A DNA stretch of 64,000 nt from a candidate division WOR-3 bacterium (GTDB taxonomy: Bacteria > Hydrothermota > Tepidihabitantia > Tepidihabitantales > Tepidihabitantaceae). Below, piece by piece: positions 1-9,871 of this stretch (its first letter is position 1; every line of letters starts with the position of its first letter). The translations under genes and the position numbers were made by a program. Under the pieces are notes generated by a model. The model did not search any database. It saw only the letters and a list, made by a program, of their open reading frames with translations, and was not told the DNA's origin. The stretch lies in the NCBI GenBank assembly GCA_037441285.1, contig JBBISL010000003.1, positions 32,001 to 96,000 of the forward strand, written 5' to 3'.

Positions 1-380
1 AGGTGACGGCCCAACTTCCTCAAGCGCTAAGTAAACATCTGGGTACCGCGGCCACAACCGAAGGGAATCTTTACTGGCTCTTGGGCAGAAAAGAGGCGAT
101 TGGTGTGGGCGGTTTCTTTGAACCCGAGGACGAGATTATATTACATCCAGCCGATGCCCAGAAACTTGCGGTCCGGGAAGACGATTTTGTTAAGGTGAAA
201 AGTAAGACCGGTGAGCGTCAATTCTGCGTCAAGGTTCTGCCGGTGGTTTCACCGGGAACAGCGACTGTTGGAGTCAATGCCCATCAAAACCGGGCGCTGT
301 TTCCGGTCGAAGTTGACGCCGGGACAGGTGAGGCTAAAATTCCGCCAGCAAAGGTCGAGATATGGCGAGTGTCGGCGTGA
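1..380 (+). CDS. C-terminal fragment of a molybdopterin oxidoreductase/NuoG-like protein (molybdopterin dinucleotide-binding domain); 5' end outside the window
   Basis: IILHPADAQKLAVREDDFVKVKSKTGE...VSPGTA fits the double-psi barrel pattern of FdhF/NuoG C-termini. Confidence 0.7.
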   Translation, partial: VTAQLPQALSKHLGTAATTEGNLYWLLGRKEAIGVGGFFEPEDEIILHPADAQKLAVREDDFVKVKSKTGERQFCVKVLPVVSPGTATVGVNAHQNRALFPVEVDAGTGEAKIPPAKVEIWRVSA

Positions 381-850
381 AGATTAAGAAACGATTGGTC
401 GTTCGTCTGGACTACTGCATTGGTTGTCGCGCCTGTGAGGCGGCGTGCCGGAGTCGGTTTAAAGGTGAAGCGCGCATTCGGTATGCACCGGTTGGCGAGA
501 CGGTTTTAGTTCCCCTGCCCTGCCGGCATTGCGCCGAGCCTTTATGCGCCGCGGCTTGCCCGTTTGAGGTGATAAAGAAGGATGAGGAGCGCGGGATTGT
601 CTATCAGTCCAGTGTGCACTGTGTTGGTTGCAAATCGTGCATCCTTGCCTGTCCTTTCGGGGTTCTGGACAAGGATTTGTTGCGCCGCATCGCGCAGAAA
701 TGCAATCTTTGTGAAGACCGGGAAGGTGGACCAAGGTGTGCGGCTTCCTGTCCCACCGGCGCGTTACAGTTTGTTGATGAAGAGGAGATGAAAGAGTTGA
801 TGGTGGGTAAGCGGGTTCTTTCCCGGCTGCCATTCTGGAGGCGGGTGTGA
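362..850 (+). CDS. 4x[4Fe-4S] electron transfer protein (HycB/HydN/CooF family)
   Basis: CIGCRACEAAC, CRHCAEPLCAAACP, CVGCKSCILACPFG, KCNLC...CAASCPTGAL. Confidence 0.9.
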   Translation: MASVGVKIKKRLVVRLDYCIGCRACEAACRSRFKGEARIRYAPVGETVLVPLPCRHCAEPLCAAACPFEVIKKDEERGIVYQSSVHCVGCKSCILACPFGVLDKDLLRRIAQKCNLCEDREGGPRCAASCPTGALQFVDEEEMKELMVGKRVLSRLPFWRRV

Positions 851-1803
851 GTTCCTTTTTGTCGGGATGGCGGCTGGTGATAGCGTTCATCGGAACCCTG
901 ATTGTTGTACCGGTTGCCGGGCTGATTTTGAACTGGGTTGACCGGTTTGTTTCGGCGCGGGTGCAGTGGCGGAAGGGTCCGCCCTTTTATCAGCCATTTG
1001 CCGACATTCTGAAACTGCTGTTAAAACAGACCATAGTTCCTCAGGGTGCTTCCCGAACGGTGTTTCTACTGGCGCCGCTGGTGGGCATAGCCGGGATGAG
1101 TCTGGTGGCGGTGCTTCTTTTCTTCAGCAACTCCGGTCTGGTGGTGGCGCAGAAAACATCGTTTATCGGTGACATCATCGTGCTTTTATACCTCCTGGCG
1201 CTGGTTCCGCTCAGTTTTATCGTTGGTGCCTCGGCATCACGCAACCCGGTGGCGGCGGTAGGTGCTTCGCGCGAGATGACTCTATATCTTGGTTACGAAC
1301 TGCCATTTGTTCTGGCGCTCCTTGTGCCAATTGTTAAAGTCGCGCAGCACTGGGATGTAACGAGTGCTTTAAGAATTGGCGGACTGGTAGCCTATCAACA
1401 GCAGTTTGGGCCCTTTTTGTATTCGGTTTCCGGGGTAATCGCGGGGCTGATTATCCTGTTTACGATTCAGGCAAAACTGGGTTATGTGCCATTTGACATT
1501 CCTGAGGCGGAACAGGAGATAATGTCCGGTGTTCTGGTGGAGTATTCGGGTGCGCCCCTTGCGGCATTTCGCATCACCCGGGCGATGATGTTTGTCCTGA
1601 TGCCGCTGCTCTTAATCACGGTGCTCTGGGGTGGCATTACCGACTGGTGGGCAATTTTGAAGTTTCTCTTGATTGTGGTTCTGGTGGTGTTGATGAAGAA
1701 CACCAACCCCCGGCTCAGGATTGACCAGGCGCTCGGGTTTTTCTGGTTTATTCTGGCGCCACTGGGTATAATTGCGGTGGTATTAGCATTTATTGGCTTA
1801 TGA
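847..1803 (+). CDS. Hydrogenase membrane subunit (NuoH/HyfC/MbhM family)
   Basis: RVQWRKGPPFYQPFADILKLLLK, PFDIPEAEQEI..G.LVEYSG, NPRLRIDQ. Confidence 0.92.
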   Translation: MSSFLSGWRLVIAFIGTLIVVPVAGLILNWVDRFVSARVQWRKGPPFYQPFADILKLLLKQTIVPQGASRTVFLLAPLVGIAGMSLVAVLLFFSNSGLVVAQKTSFIGDIIVLLYLLALVPLSFIVGASASRNPVAAVGASREMTLYLGYELPFVLALLVPIVKVAQHWDVTSALRIGGLVAYQQQFGPFLYSVSGVIAGLIILFTIQAKLGYVPFDIPEAEQEIMSGVLVEYSGAPLAAFRITRAMMFVLMPLLLITVLWGGITDWWAILKFLLIVVLVVLMKNTNPRLRIDQALGFFWFILAPLGIIAVVLAFIGL

Positions 1804-2216
1804 AAGACTTAAGACTCTGGGGACTTAAAAAATCACCTTGGGTTTACCATTTGGCGGCGGCGTCGTGCAACAACTGCGATATTGAGATACTGGAACTTTT
1901 GACACCACGCTACGATGTCGAGCGGTTCGGGGTTGTTCTGGTTGGTTCACCCCGGCATGCGGATGCGCTACTTGTTACCGGGGTCATCAACCGGAAGTCT
2001 TTGCCCCGGGTGCTTGAGGTTTATGAACAGACGCCCAAGCCCTGTCTGGTGATTGCGATTGGTACCTGTGCGTGTAACTGCCACATCTTCCGGAACTCGT
2101 ACAATGCGGTGGGACCTTATGACAAACACATTCCGGTTCACGCCTACATTCCGGGCTGTCCACCAAAACCCGAGGCGATGATAATGGGTGTGGTAAAGGC
2201 GTTGAGTAAACTATGA
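1800..2216 (+). CDS. Group 4 [NiFe]-hydrogenase small subunit (MbhJ/NuoB family)
   Basis: SCNNCDIE, SPRHADALLVTG, GTCA, IPGCPPKPE. Confidence 0.93.
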   Translation: MKDLRLWGLKKSPWVYHLAAASCNNCDIEILELLTPRYDVERFGVVLVGSPRHADALLVTGVINRKSLPRVLEVYEQTPKPCLVIAIGTCACNCHIFRNSYNAVGPYDKHIPVHAYIPGCPPKPEAMIMGVVKALSKL

Positions 2217-2665
2217 GCGAATCACTCCGAATGTTTCAAGAGCGGTTCCCTGACACCAAAGTGTTTGAGAAAAATCCGCGGCGTTTGTACCTGACAATTC
2301 CCCGGGAAAAACTGACCGCGGCGGCAAGGTTTCTCCACGCGGAGCGGGGGATGAGGCTCTCAATCGCCACCGGTATCGACACCCGGGACGGTTTTGAGGT
2401 GTTGTACCACTTTTCGGAAGACACAACCGGTATCATTTATACAATAAAGGTGTTTGCGCCCAAAGACGACCCGCGGATTGAGGCTCAGGGCAGCTGGTTT
2501 CCCGCGGCGCAATGGATTGAGCGCGAGATGCATGAACTTTTGGGGATTGAGTTCATTGGACACCCGAACCCGGCACCGCTTCTCACTTCGGACACCGATT
2601 GGGAACCGGGGCGCTTCCCATTGCGCCGGGATTATGAACGGAGGAATGAAGCCCATGAGCGGTGA
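2213..2665 (+). CDS. NuoC/MbhK-like subunit
   Basis: WFPAAQWIEREMHELLGIEFIGHP and FPLRRD motifs. Confidence 0.9.
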   Translation: MSESLRMFQERFPDTKVFEKNPRRLYLTIPREKLTAAARFLHAERGMRLSIATGIDTRDGFEVLYHFSEDTTGIIYTIKVFAPKDDPRIEAQGSWFPAAQWIEREMHELLGIEFIGHPNPAPLLTSDTDWEPGRFPLRRDYERRNEAHER

Positions 2666-3845
2666 GCAAAAGCAGCGGCGTATTGTCCCGATTGGTCCTT
2701 ATCATCCATTGCAGGAGGAGCCGGAGTTTTTCAAACTGATTGTTGAAGGTGAGACGGTGGTTGACCTCGAAATTCACATTGGCTACAACCATCGGGGTCA
2801 TGAGTTTATTTCACCGGAGTTGACCTATGACCAGGTGCCGTTTCTCGTAGAAAGAATTTGCGGCATCTGTTCCGATTCGCACCCCTTAGCCGCGGTGCTG
2901 GCGATTGAAGACTGTGCCGGGATTAAACCGCCACCCCGGGCAAACTACATCCGCAGTATCATTCATGAACTGGAGCGGATTCACTCCCACTTACTCTGGG
3001 TCGGTCTTGCGGGCCATTTTATCGGGTACAACACGGTCTGGATGTGGGCGTGGCGTTACCGGGAGCACATCCTTGAGGTTTTTGAGATGATTACCGGTAA
3101 CCGGAACCATTATGGTGCCCATAAACCGGGTGGTGTGCGCTGGGACATCAAACCGGAGCAGATTCCCCAGATTGAGGCGGTCCTTGATGTGGTGGAGAAG
3201 AAGACGATGATGCTTACCAAGGCGGTGCTTGACGACCCGGTAATTCGTGCCCGTCTTGAAGGGGTGGGGATTTTGACAAAGGAGCAGGCGCTTGCCTGGT
3301 CGGTGGTTGGACCAACCGCCCGTGCTTCGGGTGTGGACATTGATGTCCGGCGTGACGACCCCCATGCTGCCTATGACCAGGTCCCCTGGGATGTGATTGT
3401 TTTGCCCGAAGGTGATGTGTTTGCCAAGGCAAAGGTACGGCTTCTTGAAATCTTTGAGTCGGTTAAAATCATTCGTGGCTGTTTGAAGAATTTACCGGAT
3501 GGACCAATTGATATTAGGATTGATGAGGTCCCGGCCGGTGAAGGGATTGGCAGAACCGAGGCGCCACGGGGCGAGGTTTTCCACTACATCCGCTCGGATG
3601 GCAGCAATCGGCCCTTGCGCCATAAGATTCGGGCACCAAGTTATATGAACATCGCTTCCAATGTTGTGGCGGTCCGGGGTGGTTCAATTGCGGATGCGGC
3701 GCTCACTCTGGCAGCGGTTGACCCCTGTTACTGTTGCACCGAAAGAATGGCGGCGTTTGAGGATGGGAAACTGAAATTTACCGGCAATGAGTTGTTACGG
3801 CTTTCCTGGGAGAAGACCGAGAAAGTAAGGGAGCGATTCAAATGA
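2655..3845 (+). CDS. Group 4 [NiFe]-hydrogenase large subunit (MbhL/HycE family)
   Basis: L1 ERICGICS and L2 DPCYCCTER motifs, PIGPYHP, EAPRGE; start moved to ATG 2655 after GGAGGA. Confidence 0.93.
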   Translation: MSGEQKQRRIVPIGPYHPLQEEPEFFKLIVEGETVVDLEIHIGYNHRGHEFISPELTYDQVPFLVERICGICSDSHPLAAVLAIEDCAGIKPPPRANYIRSIIHELERIHSHLLWVGLAGHFIGYNTVWMWAWRYREHILEVFEMITGNRNHYGAHKPGGVRWDIKPEQIPQIEAVLDVVEKKTMMLTKAVLDDPVIRARLEGVGILTKEQALAWSVVGPTARASGVDIDVRRDDPHAAYDQVPWDVIVLPEGDVFAKAKVRLLEIFESVKIIRGCLKNLPDGPIDIRIDEVPAGEGIGRTEAPRGEVFHYIRSDGSNRPLRHKIRAPSYMNIASNVVAVRGGSIADAALTLAAVDPCYCCTERMAAFEDGKLKFTGNELLRLSWEKTEKVRERFK

Positions 3846-5089
3846 ACTTCGGTTCCTGGACCAGTTACGCAACCGGACCGGTCGAGATATTCCTCGCTCT
3901 GGTCTTCGGGTTTATCGGGCTGATGACGATTTTGTATTCGTTCGCCCGGGTGCGGGGCGGTAAAGGGCAAATCGCCGAATACTACATATTTTTCCTTGTG
4001 CTTTTAGGCGCAGCACTGGGTGTGGTATTTGCCGGTAACCTGCTCCTGCTGTATGTGTTCTGGGAACTGGCAACGGTGGCACTCTGGCGGTTGGTGAGTT
4101 ATTTCCGCAAGGAGGAGAGTGTTTTTGCCGGTGCCTGGGCGCTGTACCTCAACTTTGTTGCTGCCGCGGTGATGCTCGTTGGTTTGGTTTTGATACAACT
4201 GGAACAGGGGACACTGGACCTTGCCGCGCTCGCCGGGAAACCGCTGCCCCTGTTTCCGGCGATTCTTATCCTGGTTGGTATTGTTGCCAAGTCGGCAACG
4301 CTGCCGCTTTACATCTGGTTACCCCGGGCTTATCAACAGGCACCAGCCGCGGTTTGCGCCCTGCTTTCCGGTGTGGCAGAAAACCTGGGACTGGTTCTGT
4401 TCTTGAAACTTTATGTTTTGACAATGCAGGTGCCAAAACCGCTTTTCCTGGCGGTAGCGATTGTTGCGGTCGCTTCCAGTTTAATCGCGGGCGGTGTCGC
4501 GCTGAATGTCAAGACCATCCGCGAGACCTTGGCGTACTCAACCGTGGGTCAGATGGGTTTTGTTCTACTCGGATTAGCCAGTGCTGGTTATTACGGTTTG
4601 ATGGGTGCGATGCTTTACATTATGGCGCATGCGATTGCGAAGTCGGGAATCTTTTTCGCTGCCGGGGTGGTTGAAGATGTGAGCGGTTCAGGAGACCTGT
4701 CCCGGCTTGGCGGTTTTGCCCGCAACTCGCCGGTGCTTGCCGGTGCCACTGCGGTGCTGGTGCTTTCGGTGATGGGGTTACCACCAACCTTAGGATTTTT
4801 TGCCAAACTGGGTGTGGTTCTTGGTGCGGTGCGGAGCTCAATTTTGCTCGGCATTGGCGCGCTGGTTGCGGCGCTGTTCACCATTCTTTATTTAAGCCGG
4901 TTCTATTCCCGAATATTTCTTGGTGCGAGCCCGAATGGTTATAATAAGGTTCCCGGTTTTGTGGTATTTTTGGTTGTGGTGATGGCGGTGGCAACCGTTT
5001 TAGCCGGTGTTTGCTGGTTTGTGCCGGTCCGGTTTCTTGAAGCGGGGCTTAGCGGTTTAGGGATGACAATGTTAGGTGGAGGCTGGTGA
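3842..5089 (+). CDS. Short antiporter-like subunit (MrpD/NuoM family)
   Basis: YVFWELA, AKSATLPLYIWLP, LAYSTVGQMG, AHAIAKSGIF, GLPPTLGFFAK. Confidence 0.88.
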   Translation: MNFGSWTSYATGPVEIFLALVFGFIGLMTILYSFARVRGGKGQIAEYYIFFLVLLGAALGVVFAGNLLLLYVFWELATVALWRLVSYFRKEESVFAGAWALYLNFVAAAVMLVGLVLIQLEQGTLDLAALAGKPLPLFPAILILVGIVAKSATLPLYIWLPRAYQQAPAAVCALLSGVAENLGLVLFLKLYVLTMQVPKPLFLAVAIVAVASSLIAGGVALNVKTIRETLAYSTVGQMGFVLLGLASAGYYGLMGAMLYIMAHAIAKSGIFFAAGVVEDVSGSGDLSRLGGFARNSPVLAGATAVLVLSVMGLPPTLGFFAKLGVVLGAVRSSILLGIGALVAALFTILYLSRFYSRIFLGASPNGYNKVPGFVVFLVVVMAVATVLAGVCWFVPVRFLEAGLSGLGMTMLGGGW

Positions 5090-7011
5090 TGTTGGCGCAC
5101 TCTTTTGTGTTAATCATCGTTGCCCCGATTGCGGCAGGAGTTTTAGGCTATCTGGTTGGCAGGTTACGCAATGAGTTCAGTTTTATTGGCGTCCTCGCCT
5201 CACTTTACTACGCCATCCGGTTATTTCTGGTTCGGGGCAGCGAGCAGGTGTTAAATCTTGGTAAGGTTGCCGGGGTTCCGATTGCTTTGCGCCTTGACCC
5301 GTTGTCCGGTTTTGTTCTCCTTTTTGTCAGCGTCTTCACCGCGCTCATCGTATTTTACTCCTTCCGCTATATGCGGGGCCGGGAAGGGACCAGAGGTTAC
5401 TACCTGTACTGCCTTTTGATTCTCGGTTTTGCCAACGGTGTGGTGTTGAGCGCCAACCTCGCGGTTCTGTTCTTCTTCTGGGGTGCATTGCTCTTTGTCC
5501 TTTACGGCATTCTTTTGATTGGCAAAGGCGACACCTTCCTTACCGCGCGCAAGGCGCTGGTCATTGTCGGGCTTTCCGACTTTGCGATGCTTTTAGGCGT
5601 GGTTCTTTTATTGAGCCGGACATTCATTGCCGGTGGCTGGATTGACCTGGCGCCCAAGGTGCCTCTGCCGCTTTACGACCCGATAGTACTCGCCGGCTTT
5701 TTGCTTGTGACCGCGGGTGCCCTTGCCAAAGCCGGGGCGATGCCTTTGCACACCTGGATTCCGCAGGCAGCCGATACCGCACCGGCGCCGGTGATGGCAC
5801 TGATTCCGTCATCACTTGACAAACTCCTCGGGATTTACCTTTTGACCCGGCTCTGTGTTTCGATGTTTGACATCTCAAGCAATATGGTGCTCAGGAATAT
5901 TCTGATGGCGATTGGTGCTTTGACGATTATCGCGGCGGTGATGATGGCGCTCGTTCAGAAGCGGATGATGAAACTCCTGTCATTTTCTACGGTCTCCCAG
6001 GTTGGTTATATGGTGCTTGGGATTGGTACCGGGATTCCGGTAGGTATTGCCGGTGGCCTTTTCCATATGCTCAACCACGCGATATACAAAACCGGACTTT
6101 TCCTTGCCGGTGGTTCGGTGGAACACTGGGCAAAGACCGATGAACTGGAAAAACTGGGTGGCGTGGCAAAGCAGATGCCATTGACCTTTATCTCGTTCTT
6201 CATCTGTGCCCTGGCGATTGCGGGCGTGCCGCCGCTCAACGGGTTTTTCTCAAAGTGGATGGTTTATCAGGGGGTTTTAACCGTGGGAAATGAAGGAAAC
6301 CGGCTGTTCCCCATCTTCCTCGTTGCGGCGATGCTGGGCAGTGTCTTGACCCTGGCGTCATTTTTGAAGATGCTCCATGCCCTGTTCTTTGGTCAGCGTC
6401 CGGCGAATCTGGAGCGGGTGCGTGAGGTGAGTATGACGATGTGGCTACCGCCTTTCCTGCTGGCGCTTGCCTGCGTGGTTTTCGGCGTGTTTGCCTATTC
6501 AGTCCCGCTCTCCGGTCTGATTTTACCCGGGCTCAGGTTTTACGATGTTACACTTTACGGAGTCTGGAGTCCGATTTTAGCAACCCTCTTGTTGATTGCC
6601 GCACTCGGTTTTGGCGCCATTTTGTACCTTTTGGGTACCGCAGCCCGACCGGTGCCGGGCAAGACCTTTTTCGGCGGCGAGAAGATTGCGGATGAAGAGG
6701 AGAGCCGGGTGCCCGGGACCGCATTTTACTCATCGGTGAAGCATATGCCCCTGATTGGCGATATGCTCGTCTTTGGGGAACGGGGCGCATTTGACCTTTA
6801 CAACTGGCTGGTGGGGATTTTCAAGGTGGTTGGTGCCGGTCTGCGCGAAGGTGTTGACCGGGTACTTGAGGCGCTGGCAGAGTTCATCGGTAAACTGGTG
6901 TACTACTTCGGTCTCGGTCTGTCAAAAATTCATACCGGTAATCTACCGCTTTATCTATCCTGGGTGTTTTTAGGCGCGGTGATATTCTATTTACTGCTGT
7001 TTTTGAGGTAA
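5086..7011 (+). CDS. Antiporter-like subunit (MrpA/NuoL/HyfB family)
   Basis: AKAGAMPLHTWIP, HMLNHAIYKTGLFL, GVPPLNGFFSKW; C-terminal IHTGNLPLYL after a lateral-helix-like region. Confidence 0.9.
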   Translation: MMLAHSFVLIIVAPIAAGVLGYLVGRLRNEFSFIGVLASLYYAIRLFLVRGSEQVLNLGKVAGVPIALRLDPLSGFVLLFVSVFTALIVFYSFRYMRGREGTRGYYLYCLLILGFANGVVLSANLAVLFFFWGALLFVLYGILLIGKGDTFLTARKALVIVGLSDFAMLLGVVLLLSRTFIAGGWIDLAPKVPLPLYDPIVLAGFLLVTAGALAKAGAMPLHTWIPQAADTAPAPVMALIPSSLDKLLGIYLLTRLCVSMFDISSNMVLRNILMAIGALTIIAAVMMALVQKRMMKLLSFSTVSQVGYMVLGIGTGIPVGIAGGLFHMLNHAIYKTGLFLAGGSVEHWAKTDELEKLGGVAKQMPLTFISFFICALAIAGVPPLNGFFSKWMVYQGVLTVGNEGNRLFPIFLVAAMLGSVLTLASFLKMLHALFFGQRPANLERVREVSMTMWLPPFLLALACVVFGVFAYSVPLSGLILPGLRFYDVTLYGVWSPILATLLLIAALGFGAILYLLGTAARPVPGKTFFGGEKIADEEESRVPGTAFYSSVKHMPLIGDMLVFGERGAFDLYNWLVGIFKVVGAGLREGVDRVLEALAEFIGKLVYYFGLGLSKIHTGNLPLYLSWVFLGAVIFYLLLFLR

Positions 7012-7014
7012 AAG

Positions 7015-7560
7015 ATGATTGAACTTTACATCCTTTTAGGAGTGATGCTGGCAGCGGCGCTGGTTGCCAGCGAGACCAAGAATTTGCTGGCGGCAGCGGT
7101 GGCGCTGGGTCTGGTCGGGTTCAGCGTTGCGATTATGTTCATTTTAGCCCAGGCGCCCGATTTGGCGATTGTCCAGATTGTGGTTGAGACCTTAACGGTT
7201 GTGTTCTTTACCGCGGTGATTCTGCGCACGACTGAGATTGATACAACGGCGACCAGCGGGTTAAAGATGGAGACCGCAATGTTTATCGCCGCATTTCTTG
7301 CCTTTGGCGGGTTATTCCTGTCGCTCATTATCGGCGTGTTCCGGGAGTTGCCCACCTTTGGTCAGCCCTTGATGCGGCTGGCAACCGACTACATCCAGTT
7401 TGGTCTGGAGCGGACCGGAGCGGCGAACATCGTTGCGGCAATCATTCTCGATTTCCGGGGTTATGATACATTAGGTGAGGCGACAGTCTTGTTCACCGCG
7501 GTGGTCGGGGTTTTGACGGTGATGCGATTTGTCACCAAGAAAAAGCCGGGGGGAAGTTAG
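7015..7560 (+). CDS. MbhD/MbhE-like membrane subunit (MrpA C-terminal equivalent)
   Basis: QAPDLAIVQIVVE and NIVAAIILDFRGYDTLGEATVLF. Confidence 0.88.
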   Translation: MIELYILLGVMLAAALVASETKNLLAAAVALGLVGFSVAIMFILAQAPDLAIVQIVVETLTVVFFTAVILRTTEIDTTATSGLKMETAMFIAAFLAFGGLFLSLIIGVFRELPTFGQPLMRLATDYIQFGLERTGAANIVAAIILDFRGYDTLGEATVLFTAVVGVLTVMRFVTKKKPGGS

Positions 7561-7561
7561 T

Positions 7562-8002
7562 ATGCGCGGGATGTCTTTGATTGTTCAGGTGATGGCAGGA
7601 CTGCTCGCCGGAATGGTCTTCCTCTACGGTGGCTACATAATCCTTCATGGCCATTTAACACCCGGCGGCGGTTTTGCCGGTGGGGTTTTGGTTGCCGCGG
7701 CGTTGATTCTCCTTTCGCTGGCATACGGTTCGGTTGAGCAGGTGGAGAAGCGGCGCTACATCTTCTCTTCGGTGTTTGAAAGTTTGGGCGGCGTTTTCTT
7801 CCTTGCGCTGGCACTCGTCGGTTACTTTGCCGCGGACTGCTTTTTCCGTAATACGGGCGTGTTTTATTTAGGCAAGCCCCTGCAACTGGTCTCCGGTGGT
7901 TTGATTCCGCTGGCAAACATCGCTATCGGCGTAAAGGTCGGCGCCGGACTCTTTGCCGTCTTTCTGGCGCTGGGTGCCTCAAGGTTTGTGATGAAGGAGT
8001 AG
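7562..8002 (+). CDS. mnhB: Mrp subunit B (MnhB/MbhF)
   Basis: HGHLTPGGGFAGG signature. Confidence 0.9.
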   Translation: MRGMSLIVQVMAGLLAGMVFLYGGYIILHGHLTPGGGFAGGVLVAAALILLSLAYGSVEQVEKRRYIFSSVFESLGGVFFLALALVGYFAADCFFRNTGVFYLGKPLQLVSGGLIPLANIAIGVKVGAGLFAVFLALGASRFVMKE

Positions 8003-8004
8003 AG

Positions 8005-8358
8005 ATGATTCCATATATCGCCTGCGTCCTTTTGTTTCTCATCGGTCTCTATGTGGTGGTGTCAAAGCGGAACCTGATTAAAATTGTGATTGGGTTCTGC
8101 CTGATTGAGTATGCGGTCAACCTGTTCTTTGCCCTGGTTGGGTTTAAAAAGGGTGCCCTGCCGCCGATTATCACCGGTGCCGACCAGGTACGGCTCGGTG
8201 TTGCCCGCAACTTTGTTGACCCAATACCACAGGCGCTGGTGTTGACCGCAATCGTTATCGGACTGTCAACCACCGCATTGATGCTCTCGCTCGCGCTCCG
8301 TCTCTATGAGAAACACAAGACCTTTGATGTTTCGGAATTCAGAAAGTTGAAAGGATAA
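8005..8358 (+). CDS. mnhC: Mrp subunit C (MnhC/MbhG)
   Basis: NLIKIVIG and DPIPQALVLTAIVIG. Confidence 0.93.
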   Translation: MIPYIACVLLFLIGLYVVVSKRNLIKIVIGFCLIEYAVNLFFALVGFKKGALPPIITGADQVRLGVARNFVDPIPQALVLTAIVIGLSTTALMLSLALRLYEKHKTFDVSEFRKLKG

Positions 8359-8364
8359 GAGCCG

Positions 8365-9870
8365 ATGGAAGGCAAATTCCTACCACTGTTTATTGCGGTG
8401 CCTTTAGCCGGTGCCTTTCTCGTGCCCTTACTGTCCAAACTGTGGTCCCGTTTTGCTGACCTGATTGCCGGCATCGCCAGTGCTGCGCTTCTGGTGATTT
8501 CGGTTTACACCTGGCTGATTTTGAAAGCGGGTGGTGTGCCGCTGCACTACTGGGTTGGTGGCTGGAAGGTAATTGGCATCGCGATGTGGTTTGATGCCCT
8601 GACCGCACTCATTGTTCTGGTGATTAACATCGTGGCTTTCTGCGCAATGCTTTACTCAATCCGCTATCTGGACCGTTACACCACGGGCCGCTGGAAGTTT
8701 TACACCCTGTTTTTACTCCTCGTTGCCGGTTTGAATGGTCTGGCGATATCCGGTGACCTGTTCAATATGTTTGTCTTCATTGAGATTTCTGCCATTGCCA
8801 GTTATGCGCTGGTGGCATTTGGTACCGAAGAAGAAGAGGTTGAGGCGGCGTTCAAATATATGGTCCTGGGTGAAGTGGGTGGTGCGGTGCTCCTCTTTGG
8901 CATTGCGCTCCTCTACGCCCACGCTTCAACCCTGAATCTGGCAACCCTGTCTCAGACACTAATAACCAACGGTAAAACGCCCTTTTACTGGTTTACCATT
9001 GCCACCCTGTTAATCGGGTTTGCCATCAAGATGGGTATGGAACCGTTCCACGCCTGGCTGGCAGACGCCCACTTCTCAGCACCGGCACCCATCTCGGCGA
9101 TGCTTTCCGGTGTGTTCATCAAGGTCACCGGTGTTTATGGGATGTGCCGTTTAATGTTCAATGTGTTTGGTGTATCCCGGGCACAGACTCCGGCATTCTT
9201 CAACCTGTTGATTGCCTTTGGTGCGGTTTCAATGGTACTGGGCGGACTTTTAGCCTACTCCCAGAACGACTACAAACGGCTCCTTGCCTACTCCAGTATC
9301 AGCCAGATTGGTTATATCCTTGTCGCGCTCGGTATCGGCAACTACTGGGGTTTTGTTGGCGCGCTGTTTCACATCCTTGCCCACGCTTTGGGTAAGGGCA
9401 CCTTGTTCTTAGCCAGCGGTTCGGTTGAGATGCAGGCGGGCACCAGGGAACTTGACCATCTGAAAGGACTGGAGCGGTCAATGCCCTTCACATCCTGGGC
9501 GCACATTCTTGGCTCATTCTCAATGGCAGGGGTGCCGCCCTTTGCCGGATTCTTCTCCAAGTTGTTCATCATCATCGGTGCGATTGCCGCCCGAATGTAC
9601 TGGCTCGCATTCCTTGCGGCGCTCTTCTCCGCGGTCACTTTGAGTTATTTAACAAAGGTGGTCAACACCGCATTCTTTGCGAAAAAGAACGAAGCGCCCA
9701 CAAAGGCAAAAGAGTCACCGGCAACAATGGTTCTGGCGATGGTTCTCCTGGTCGCATTAATTCTTGTTGTCGGGATTGGTTTTCAGGGCGTTCTCGACCA
9801 TCTAATTGGTCCGGCGGCAAAGGTGCTATTGAACGGGCTGGACTATGCCCGATTGATGCTCGGAGGATAA
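8365..9870 (+). CDS. mnhD: Mrp subunit D (MnhD/MbhH)
   Basis: DLFNMFVFIEI, EAAFKY, PFHAWLADAH.SAPAPISAMLSG, KRLLAYSSISQIGY. Confidence 0.92.
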   Translation: MEGKFLPLFIAVPLAGAFLVPLLSKLWSRFADLIAGIASAALLVISVYTWLILKAGGVPLHYWVGGWKVIGIAMWFDALTALIVLVINIVAFCAMLYSIRYLDRYTTGRWKFYTLFLLLVAGLNGLAISGDLFNMFVFIEISAIASYALVAFGTEEEEVEAAFKYMVLGEVGGAVLLFGIALLYAHASTLNLATLSQTLITNGKTPFYWFTIATLLIGFAIKMGMEPFHAWLADAHFSAPAPISAMLSGVFIKVTGVYGMCRLMFNVFGVSRAQTPAFFNLLIAFGAVSMVLGGLLAYSQNDYKRLLAYSSISQIGYILVALGIGNYWGFVGALFHILAHALGKGTLFLASGSVEMQAGTRELDHLKGLERSMPFTSWAHILGSFSMAGVPPFAGFFSKLFIIIGAIAARMYWLAFLAALFSAVTLSYLTKVVNTAFFAKKNEAPTKAKESPATMVLAMVLLVALILVVGIGFQGVLDHLIGPAAKVLLNGLDYARLMLGG

Positions 9871-9871
9871 G

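Noticed and set aside
2454..2654. N-terminal extensions in the ORF track (also 60820-61869, 43531, 32810, 55849)
   Set aside because: They overlap upstream genes or promoters; downstream starts with SD or promoter support fit family lengths better
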